Shown here piece by piece: positions 44,090-56,200 of a stretch of DNA of 64,000 nt. Each line of letters begins with the position of its first letter. Within the stretch, counting starts at the first letter, position 1. The stretch is taken from NCBI RefSeq assembly GCF_009914755.1, contig NC_060944.1; one strand, 5' to 3'. Source of the DNA: the human T2T-CHM13v2.0 reference genome, Homo sapiens. A program made the position numbers and the translations under genes. Below the pieces are notes generated by a model. The model was given only the letters and a program-made list of their open reading frames with translations, was not told the origin of the DNA and made no database searches.

Positions 44090-47000
44090 AACACGAATAG
44101 AATGAAATGGAAAGGAGTGGATTGGACAGGAAAGGAATGGAAAGGATCTAAATGTAATGGAATCGAATGGAGTGGAATTGAATGGAATGGAATGGAATCA
44201 ATGTGAGTGAAATGGAATGGAATGGAACGGAATGGAGGGGAATGGAATGGAATGGAATGGAATGCAATGGAATCAATACGAGTGCAATGGAATGGAATGG
44301 AATGGAATGGAATGGAATGCAGTAAATAAAATGGAATTTATTTGAATGGAATGGAATCAACTGGAATAGAATGGAATGGAATGGAATGGAATGGAATGGA
44401 ATGGAATGGAATGCCATGGAATGGAATGGAATGGAATTAACAAGACTGGAAAGGAATGGAATGGAATGGAATGGAATGGAGAGGAGGCAAACTGAGTGGA
44501 ATGGAATGGACTGCAATGGAATGGAAAGGAATGGAATGGAATGGAATGGAATGCAACGGAATGGAGTGGAATGGAATGGAATGGAATGGACTGGAATGGA
44601 ATGGAATGGAATCAATGCAAGTGTAATGGAATGGAATGGAATGGAATAGAATGGAGTGGAATTGATTGAAGTTGATATGAATGGAATGGAATCAACTGGA
44701 ATGGAACAGAATGGAATGGAATGGAATGGAAGCAACTAGAATGGAAAGGAATGGAATGGAATGCAATGGAATGGAATGGAATGGAATCAACAAAAGTGGA
44801 ATGAAATGGAATGGAATACAACGGAATGGAATGGAATGGAATGGAATAAACCAGAGTGGAATGGAATGGAATGGAATGGAATGCAATTGATTCGTTTAGA
44901 ATTTAATTAACCCGATTGGAATGGAGTGGAATGGATTGTAATGGAATGGAAAGAAGCCGATTGGAATTCAGTGGACTGCAAAGGAATGGAATTGAAAAAG
45001 ATGGAATGGAATGGAATGGAATGGAATGCAATGGAATGGAATGGAATGAAATGGAATCAACCCGAGTGGAATGGAATGGAATGGAATGGAAAAGAATGGA
45101 ATGGAATACAATCAACCCGAGTGGAATGGAATGGAGTGGAATGGAATGGAATGGATTGGAATGGAATGGAATCGAATGCAATGGAATCGAATGCAATGGA
45201 ATGGAATAGCGTGGAATGAAATGGAATGCAATGGAAAGGAATCAAGCCAGGTGGAATTGAAAGGAATGGAATGCAATTGAATGCAAAGGAATTGAATGGA
45301 ATCAACCCGAGTGGAATGTAATGGCATGGAATGGAGTGGAATGGAATGGAAAGGAATGGAATGGATTCAACGCAATTGGAAAGGAATGGAATGGAATGGA
45401 ATGGAATCAACCCGAGTGGAATGGAGTGCAACGGAATGGAATGAAATGAAATGGAATGGAATGGAATGGAATCAACGTGATTGTAAAGGAATAAAATGAA
45501 ATGGAATGAAATGGAATGCAATTGAATCAACTCGATTGGAAAGGAATGGTTGGAATGGAAATGAAAGGAATGGAATGGAATGAAATCAACCCCAAAGGAA
45601 TGGAATGAAATGGAATGGAATTCAATGGCATGGAATGGAATAGAATGGAATCACCCCGAGTGGAATTGAATGGAATGGAATGGAATGGAAGGGAAGTGAA
45701 TGGAATCAACGCGAGTGGAATGGAATGGAATGGAATGGAATGGAATGGAATGGAATGGAATGGAATGGAAAGGAATGGAATGGAATGGAACGGAATGGAA
45801 TGGAATGGAATGGAATGGAATGCAATGCAATGGAATCAACCAGAGTGGAATTGAGTGTAATGGATCGAATTGGAATGGAATGGAATAGAATGGAATAAAC
45901 CTGAGTAGAATGCAATGGTAGGGAATGGAATCGAATGGAATGGAATGGCATTGAATGGAATCAGCACGAGTGGAATGGAATGGAATGGATTGGATTGGAA
46001 AGTTATGGAATCAACCCGAATGGAATGTAATGGAAAGGAATGGAATGGAATGCAGTGTAATTAACCCGAGTGGAATGGAATGGTATGGAGTGAAATGGAA
46101 CGGAATGGAATGGTATGGAATGGAATGGAATGAAAAGGAAAGGAAAGCAATGGAATCAAAACGAGTGGAATGGAATGGAATGTAAAGAAATGAAGTGGAA
46201 TTCAATAGAATCAACACGAGTGGAATGAAATGGAAAGGAATTTAACGGAATGGAATGGAATGGAATGGAATCCAATCCAATGTAAAGGAATGGAATGGAA
46301 CGGAATAGAATGGAATGGAATGGAATGGAATGGAATGGAATGGACTGGAATGGAAAAAATTCGAGTGGAATGGAATGGAATGCAAAGTAATATAATGAAA
46401 ATGAATGGAATCCACCCGAATGGAAAGGAAAGGAAAGGAATGGAATGGAATGGAATGGAATGGAATGGAATGGAATGGAATGGAATGGAATGGTATGGAG
46501 AGGAATGGAATTTAATGGAATGGAGAGGAATGGAATGGAATTGATTTGAATGGAATGGAATCAACTGGAATGGAATGGAATGGAATGGAATGGAATGGAA
46601 TGGAATGGAATCAACTAGAATGGAAAGGAATGGAATGGAATGGAATGCAGTGGAATGGAATGGAATGGAATCAACCCGTGTGGAATGTAATGCAAAGGAA
46701 TGGAATGGAATGGAATGGAATCAACAAAAGTGTAATGGAAGGGAATGGAATCGAATGGAATGGAATGGAATGGAAAGCAATGGAGTCAACCCGAATGGAA
46801 TCGAATGGAATGGAATGCAATGGAATGGAATGGTATAGAATGGAATGGGATAGAATGGAATCAAACCGAGTGGAGTGGAAGGGAATTGAATGAAATGGAA
46901 TGGAATAAATTGGAATGGAAAGGAATGGAATGGAATGGAATGGGATGGAATGGAATGGAATGGAATCAACCAGAGTGGAATGGAATGGAATGGAATGGAA

Positions 47001-50000
47001 TGGAATCGGATAGAATGGAATCAAACCGAGTGGAGTGGAATGGAATTAAATGTAATGGAATGGAATAAATTAGAATGGAAAGGAATGGAATGGAATGGAG
47101 TGGAATCAACCAGAGTGCAATGGAATTGAATGGAATGGAATGGAATGGAATCAACCCGAGTGGAATGGAATTGAATGGAATGGAATGGAATGGAATCAAC
47201 CCGAGTGGAATGGAATTGAATGGAATGGAATGGAATTAACCCGAGTGAAATGGAATGGAAAGGAACGGAATGGAATTTAATGGAATGGAAAGGAATGGAA
47301 TCAACCTGAGTGGACTGGAATGAAATGGAGTGGAATGGAAAGCAATGGAATTGAATGGAATCAACCAGAGTTGAATGGAATTGAATGGAATGGAATGAAA
47401 TGGAATCAACCCAAATGGAATGTAATGAAATGTAATTTAATGGAATTACCCCGAGAGAAATGCCATGGAAAGGAAAGGAATAAAATTTAATGGAATGGAA
47501 TGGCATGCAATGGAATCAACCCCAGTGGAATGAAATGGCATGAAATGGAATGCAATGCAATGGAATGGAACCACTAAGAGAGGAATGGATTGGAATGGAA
47601 TGGAATGGAATGAAAGGGAATGGAATCAACCCGAGAGGAATGGAATGGAATGAAATGCAATGGAATGGAATGGAATGCAATGGATTGGAATGGAATACAC
47701 CAGAGTGGAATGGAATAGAATGGAATGGAATGGAGTGGAATCAACCCCAGTGGAATGGAATTGAATGGAATGGAATGGAATGGAATGGAATGGAATGGAA
47801 TGGAATGGTATCAATGCAAGTGTAATTGAATGGAATGGAATGGAATAGAATGGAGCGGAATGGAATGGAATTGATTTGAATGCAATGGAATCACCTGGAA
47901 TCGAATGGAATGGAATGGAATCAAATAGAATGGAAAGGAATGGAATTGAATGGACTGCAGTTGAATGGAATGGAATGGAATCAACCTGTGTGGAATGTAA
48001 TGCAAAGGAATGGAATGGAACGGAATGGAATGGAATGGAATGGAATCAACAAAAGTGGAATGGAAGGGAATGGAATAGAATGGAATGGAATGAAATCAAC
48101 CCGAGTGGAATGGAATGGAATGGGATGGAATAGAATGAAATTGAGTGGATTGGAATCAATCTGAGTGGAATGGAATGGAATGGAATTGAAGAGAATGGAA
48201 TGGAATGCAATGGAATGGAATGGAATGGAATGGAATGGAATGGAAAGGAATCAACCAGAGTGGAATTGACTGTAATGGACCGGAAAGGAATGGAATGGAA
48301 TGGAATGGAATGGAATGGAATGGAATGGGAAGGAATGGAATAGAATGGAATGGAAAGGAATGGATTGGAGTGGAATGGAATGGAATGGAATGGAATGGAA
48401 TGGAATGGAATGGTATCAATGCAAGTGTAATTGAATGGAATGGAATGGAATGGAATGGAGCGGAATGGAATGGAATTGATTTGAATGCAATGGAATCACC
48501 TGGAATCGAATGGAATGGAATGGAATCAAATAGAATGGAAAGGAATGGAATGGAATGGACTGCAGTTGAATGGAATGGAATGGAATCAACCTGTGTGGAA
48601 TGTAATGCAAAGGAATGGAATGGAACGGAATGGAATGGAATGGAATGGAATGGATTGGAATCAACAAAAGTGGAATGGAAGGGAATGGAATAGAATGGAA
48701 TGGAATGGAATGGAATTGAAAGCAAAGGAGTCAACCCGAATGGAATTGAATGGAATGGAATGCAATGGAATGGAATGGAATGAAGTGGAATGGAATGGAA
48801 TGGAATGGAATGGAATGGAATGGAATGGAATTGAACGGAATGGAATGGAATGGGCTGGAATGGAATGGAATCAACCAGAGTGGAATAGAATTGAATGGAA
48901 CGGAATTGAAGGGAATCAACCCGAGTGGAATGGAATGGAATGGAAAGGAATGGAATCAACCAGAGTGGAATGGAATTGAATGGAATGGAATGGAATGGAA
49001 TCAACCCGAGTGGAATGGAATGGAATGGAAAGGAATGGAATGGAATGGAATTAACCCGAGTGAAATGGAATGGAAAGGAATGGAATGGAATGGAATTAAC
49101 CCGAGTGAAATGGAATGGAAAAGAACGGAATGGAATTTAATGGAATGGAATGGAATGGAATCAACCTGAGTGGACTGGAATGAAATGGGGTGGAATGGAA
49201 AGCAATGGATTTCAATGGAATCTGCCAGAGTTGAATGGAATTGAACGGAATGGAATGGAATGGAATCAACCCAAATGGAATGTAATGGAATGGAATAGAA
49301 TGGAATTCCCCCGAGTGAAATGGCATGGAAAGGAACGGAATAGAAATTAATGGAATGTAATGTAATGGAATAGAATGGAATTCCCCCGAGTGAAATGGCA
49401 TGGAAAGGAACGGAATAGAAATTAATGTAATGAAATGGAATGGAACGGAATCAACATGACTGGAATGGAATGGAATGAAATGGAATGCAATGCAATGGAA
49501 TGCAACCAATAAGAGTGGAATGGATTGGAGTGGAATGGATTGGAATGAAAGGGAATGGAATCAACCCGAGTGGAATGGAATGGAATGGAATGGAATGGAA
49601 TGGAATGGAATGGAATACACCACAGTGGAATGGAATAGAATGGAATGGAATGGAGGGGAATCAACCACAGTGCAATGGATTGGAAAGGAATGGATTGGAA
49701 TCAAACCGAGTGTAATGGAATGGAATGGAAAGGAATGGAATAGAATGAAATCAACCCGAGTGAAATGGAATGGATTGGAATGGGATGGAATAGAATGGAA
49801 TGGAGTGGATTGGAATCAATCTGAGTGGAATGGAAAGGAATGGAAAGGAATGGAATTGAAGGGAATGGAATGGAATGGAATGGAATGGAATGGAATGGAA
49901 TGGAATGGAATGGAATGGAATGGAATGGAATAAACCCGAGTAGAATGCAATGGAAGGGAAAGGAATCCAATGTAATGGAATGGCATTGAATGGAATCAAC

Positions 50001-53000
50001 ACGAGTGCAATGGAATGGAATGGAATGGATTGGAGTGGAATGGAATCAACCCCAGTGGAACGTAATGTAAAGGAATGGAATGGAATGGAGTAGAATGAAC
50101 CCGAGTAGAATGGAATGGTATGGAATGAAACGGAATGGAATGGAATGGTATGGAATGGAATGGAATGGTATTGAACGGAATGGAATGGAATTGAATAGAA
50201 TCCAATCCAGTGTAAAGGAATGGAACGGAATGGAATGCAATGGAATAGAATGGATTGGAATGGAATCACCCCGTGTGTAATGGAAAGAATGGAATGGAAT
50301 GGAAAGCAATGGCATGGAATGGAATGGAAAGGAATCGAATGGAATGGAATGGAATGGAATCAACCCGGGTGGAATGTAATGGAATGAAATGGAATGGAAT
50401 GGAATGGAATAAATTGGATTGGATTCAACCTGCGTGGAATGTAGTGCATTCGAATGCAACGGAATCAACACGATAGGAATTGAATGAAATGGAATGGAAT
50501 TCAATTGAATGGAATGGAATGGAATGGAATGGAATCAACCCAAATGGAATGTAATGAAATGGAATTGAATGGAATTACCCCGAGTGAAATGGCATGGGAA
50601 GGAAAGGAATAGAATTTAATGGAATGGAATGGCATGCAATGGAATCAACCCGAGTGCAATGGAATGGCATGAAATGGAATGCAATGCAATGGAATGGAAC
50701 CAATAAGAGTGGAATGGATTGGAATGGAATGGAATGGAATGAAAGGGAATGGAATCAACCCGAGTGGAATGGAATGGAATGGAATGCAATGGAATGGAAT
50801 ACACCAGAGTGGAATGGAATAGAATGGAATGGAATGGAGTGGAATCAACCCCAGTGGAATGGAATGGAATGGAATGGAATGGAATGGAATGAAATGGGAT
50901 GGAATGGGTTGGAATCAAACCGAGTGGAATGGAATGGAATGCATTGGAATGGAAAGGAATGGAATGGAATGAAATGGAATGCAATGGAATGTAATGGAAT
51001 GGAATGGAATGGAATGGAATGGAATGGAATGGAATAGAATGGAATGGAGTGGATTGGAATCAATCTGAGTGGAATGGAAAGGAATGGAAAGGAATGGAAT
51101 TGAAGAGAAATGAATGGAATGGAATGAAAAGGAATGGAATGGAATGGAATGGAATGGAATGCAATGGAATCAACCAGAGTGGAATTGAGTGTAATGCATC
51201 GAAATTGAATGGAATGGAATGGAATAAACCTGAGTAGAATGTAATGGAAAGGAATGGAATCGAATGGAATGCAATGGCATTGAATGGAATCAACACGAGT
51301 GGAATGGAATGGAATGGAGTCGATTGGAAAGTTATGGAATCAACCCGAATGGAATATAATGGAATGGAATGGAATGGAATGCAGTGGAATTAACCCGACT
51401 GGAATAGAATGGTATGGAGTGAAATGGAACGGAATGGAATGGTATGGAATGGAATGGAATGAAAAGGAAAGGAAAGCAATGGAATCAAAACCAGTGGAAT
51501 GGAATGGAATGTAAAGAAATGGAGTGGAATTCAATAGAATCAACACCAGTGGAATGGAATGGAAAGGAATTGAACGGAATGGAATGGAATGGAATGGAAT
51601 CCAATCCAATGTAAAGCAATGGAACGGAACGGAATAGAATGTAATGGAATGGAATGGAATGGAATGGAATGGAATGGAATGGAATGGAAAAAATTCGAGT
51701 GGAATGGAATGGAATTAAAACTAATATAATGGAAATGAATGGAATCCACCCGAATGGAAAGGAAAGGAATGGAATGGAATGGAATGGAATTGAATGGAAT
51801 GGAGAGGAATGGAATGGAATGGAATGGAGAGGAATGGAATGGAATTGATTTGAATGCAATGGAATCAACTGGAATGAAATGGAATGGAATGGAATGGAAT
51901 GGAATGGAATCAACTAGAATGGAAAGGAATGGAATGGAATGGAATGCAGTGGAATGGAATGGAATGGAATCAACCCGTGTGGAATGTAATGCAAAGGAAT
52001 GGAATGGAATGGAATGGAATCAACAAAAGTGTAATGGAAGGGAATGCAATAGAATGGAATGGAATGGAATGGAAAGCAATGGAGTCAACCCGAATGGAAT
52101 CGAATGGAATGGAATGCAATGGAATGGAATGGAATGGAATCAACGTGATTGTAAAGAAATGAAATGAAATGGAATGGAATGGAATGCAATTGAATCAACT
52201 CGATTGCAAAGGAATGGTTGGAATGGAAATGAAAGGAATGGAATGGAATGAAATCAACACAAATGGAATGGAATGGAATGGAATGGAATTTAATGGAATG
52301 GAAAGGAATGGAATGGAATGGAATCACCCCGAGTAGAATTGAATGGAATGGAATGGAATGGAATGGAAAGGAAGGGAATGCAATGGAATGGATTCAAACC
52401 AAATGGAATTGAATGGAATGGATTGGAATGGAATGGAATTTAATGGAATAAACGGAAGTGGAATGGTATAGAATGCAATGGAATGGATTGGAATGGAATG
52501 GAATGGGAAGGAATGCTATAAACTAGAATGGAAAGGAATGGAATGGAATGGAATGCAGTGGAATGGAATGGAATGGAATCAACCCCTGTGGAATGTAATG
52601 CAAAGGAATGGAAAGGACTGGAATGGAATAAACAAAAGTGGAATGGAAGGGAATGGAATAGAATGGAATGGAAGGAAATGGAATAGAATGGAATGGAATG
52701 GAATGGAAAGCAATGGAGTCAACCCGAATGGAATGGAATGGAATGGAATGGCATGGAATGGAATGGAATGGAATGGAATGGGATGGAATGGAATGAAACC
52801 GAGTGGAGTGGAATGGAATTGAATGAAATGGAATGGAATAAACTGCAAATGAAAGGAATGGAATGGAATGTAATGGAATTGAATGGAATGAAATGGAATC
52901 AACCTGAGTGGAATGGAATGAAATGGAATGGTATGGAAAGCAATGGAATTGAATGGAATCAACCAGAGTTGAATGGAATTGAATGGAAGGGAATGGATTG

Positions 53001-53240
53001 GAATCAACCCAAATGGAATAGAATGGAATGGAATTGTATGGAATTACCCCGAGTGAAATGGCATGGAAAGGAACGGAATATAATTTAATGGAATAGAATG
53101 GAATGGAATGGAATCAACCCGAGTGGAATTGAATGGAATGAAATGGAATGCAATGTAATCGAATGGAACCAATAAGAGTGGAATGGATTGGAATGGAATG
53201 GAATGCAATGGAAGGGAATGGAATCAACGCGAGTGCAATG
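44090..53240 (+). repeat. Large duplication copy B (~9.15 kb), paralogous to ~30630-40030
   Basis: See copy A. Carries a ~390 bp deletion near 47800 and private 45 bp and 75 bp duplications near 49050-49430. Confidence 0.92.
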
Positions 53241-56200
53241 GAATGGAATGGAATGGAATGGAATGGAATGGAATGGAATGGAAAGGAATGTAATGGAAAG
53301 GAATGGAATGGAATACACCAGAGTGGAATGGAATAGAATGTAAAGGAATGGAGTGGAATCAACCCTAGTGGAATGGAATGGAATGGAATGGAATGGAATG
53401 GAATGGAATGGAATGGAATGGATTGGAATCAAACCGAGTGGAATGGAATGCAATGCAATGGAATGGAAAGGAATGGAATGGAATGAAATAAACCTGAATG
53501 GAATGGAATAGAATGGAATGGAATGGAATAGAATGGAATGGAGTGGATTGGAATCAATCTGAGTGGAATGGAAAGGAATGGAAAGGAATGGAATTGAAGA
53601 GAATTGAATGTAATGTAAAGGAATGGAATGGAATGGAATGGAATCTAATGGAATGGAATGGAATGCAATGGAATCAAACAGAGTAGAATTGAGTGTAATG
53701 GATCGAAACGGAAAGGAATGGAATGGAGTAAAGCTGAGTAGAATGCTATGGAAGGGAATGGAATCAAATGGAATGGAATGGCATTGAGTGGAATCAACAC
53801 GAGTGGAATGGAATGGAATGGAGTGGATTGGAAAGTTATGGAATCAACCCGAATGGAATGTAATAGAATGGAATGGAATGGAATCCAGTGGAATTAACCC
53901 GAGTGGAATGGAATGGTATGGAGTGAAATGGAACGGAATGGAATGGTATGGAATGGAATGGAATGAAAAGGAAAGGAAAGCAATCGAATCAAAACGAGTG
54001 GAATGGAATGGAATGTAAAGAAATGGAGTGGAATTCAATAGAATCAACACGAGTGGAATGGAATGGAATGGAATGGAATGGAATGGAATGGAATCAACTA
54101 GAATGGAAAGGAATGGAATGGAATGGAATGCAGTGGAATGGAATGGACTGGAATCAACCAGTGTGGAATGTAACGCAAAGGAATGGAGTGGAATGGAATG
54201 GAATGGAATCATCAAAAGTGTAATGGAAGGGAATGGAATACAATGGAATGGGATGGAATGGAAAGCAATGGAGTCAACCCGAATGGAATCGAATGGAATG
54301 GAATGCAATGGAATGAAATGGAATGGACTAGAATGGAATGGGATGGAATGGAATCAAACCGAGTGGAGTGGAAGGGAATTGAATGGAATGGAATGGAATA
54401 AATTGGAATGGAAAGGAATGGAATGGAATGGAATGGAATGGAATGGAATGGAATGGAATCAACCAGAGTGGAATGGAATGGAATGGAATGGAATGGAATG
54501 GAATGGAATCGGATAGAATGGAATCAAACCGAGTGGAGTGGAATGGAATTGAATGTAATGGAATGGAATAAATTGGAATGGAAAGGAATGGAATGGAATG
54601 GAGTGGAATCAACCAGAGTGGAATGGAATTGAATGGAATGGAATGGAATGCAATAGAATCCAATCCAGTGTAAAGAATGGAACGGAATGGAATGCAATGG
54701 AATGGAATGGATTGGAATGGAATCACCCCGTGTGTAATGGAAAGAATGGAATGGAATGGAAAGCAATGGCATGGAATGGAATGGAAAGGAAACGAATGGA
54801 ATGGAATGGAATGGAATGGAATGGAATGGAATGGAATGGAATGGAATGGAATCAACCCGGGTGGAATGTAATGTAATGAAATGGAATGGAATGGAATAAA
54901 ATGGATTGGAATCTACCTGCGTGGAATGTAGTGCATTCGAATGGAACGGAATCAACAAGATAGGAATTGAATGAAATGGAATGGAATTCAATGGAATGGA
55001 ATGGAATGGAATGGAATGGAATCAACCCAAATGGAATGTAATGAAATGGAATTGAATGGAATTACCCCGAGTGAAATGGCATGGAAAGGAACGGAATAGA
55101 ATTTAATGGAATGGAATGGCATGCAATGGAATCAACACGAGTGCAATGGAATGGCATGAAATGGAATGCAATGCAATGGAATGGAACCAATAAGAGTGGA
55201 ATGGATTGGAATGGAATGGAATGGAATGGAATGAAAGGGAATGGAATCAACCCGAGTGGAATGGAATGGAATGGAATGGAATGGAATGGAATGCAATGGA
55301 ATGGAATACACCAGAGTGGAATGGAATAGAATGGAATGGAATGGAGTGGAATCAACCCCAGTGGAATGGAATGGAATGGAATGGAATGGAATGGAATGGA
55401 ATGGGATGGAATGGGTTGGAATCAAACCGAGTGGAATGGAATGGAATGCAATGGAATGGAAAGGAATGGAATGGAATGAAATAAACCCGAATGGAATGGA
55501 ATGGAATGGAATGGAATGGAATGGAATGGAATGGAATGGAATAGAATGGAAAGGAATGCAATGGAATGGATTGAAATGGAATGGAAAGGAATAAAATCAA
55601 GTGAAATTCGATGGAATGGATTGGAATGGAATGGAATGGAAAGGAATAGAATGGAATGGAATGGAATGGAATGGAATGGAATGGAATGGAATCCACACAA
55701 GTGGAATGTAATGGATTGGAATGGATTGCAATGGAATGGAATGGAATGGAATGGAATGGACTTCACACGAGTGCAACGGAATGGAATGGAATGGAACCAA
55801 CCCGAGTGGAATGGAATGGAATGGAAATTAATGGAATGGAATGGAATGGAATCAACCCGAGTGGAATCGAATGGAATGCAATGAAATGGTTTGGAATGGT
55901 GTGGAATGGAATGGAATGGAATGCAATGGAATGGAATCAAAGCGAGTGGAATGGAATGGAATGAAATGGAATGGAATGTAATCAACACCAGTGGAATGGA
56001 AGGGAATGGAATGGGATGGGACGGAATGGAATGGAATGCAATGCAATGGAATCAACCCGAGTAGAATGGAAAGGAATGGAATGGAATGGAATGGAATTTA
56101 ATGGAATGGAATGGAATGGAATGCAATTCAATCCACCCGATTAGAATGCAAAAGAATGGCATGGAATGGAATGGAATGGAATGGAATGGAATGGAATGGA

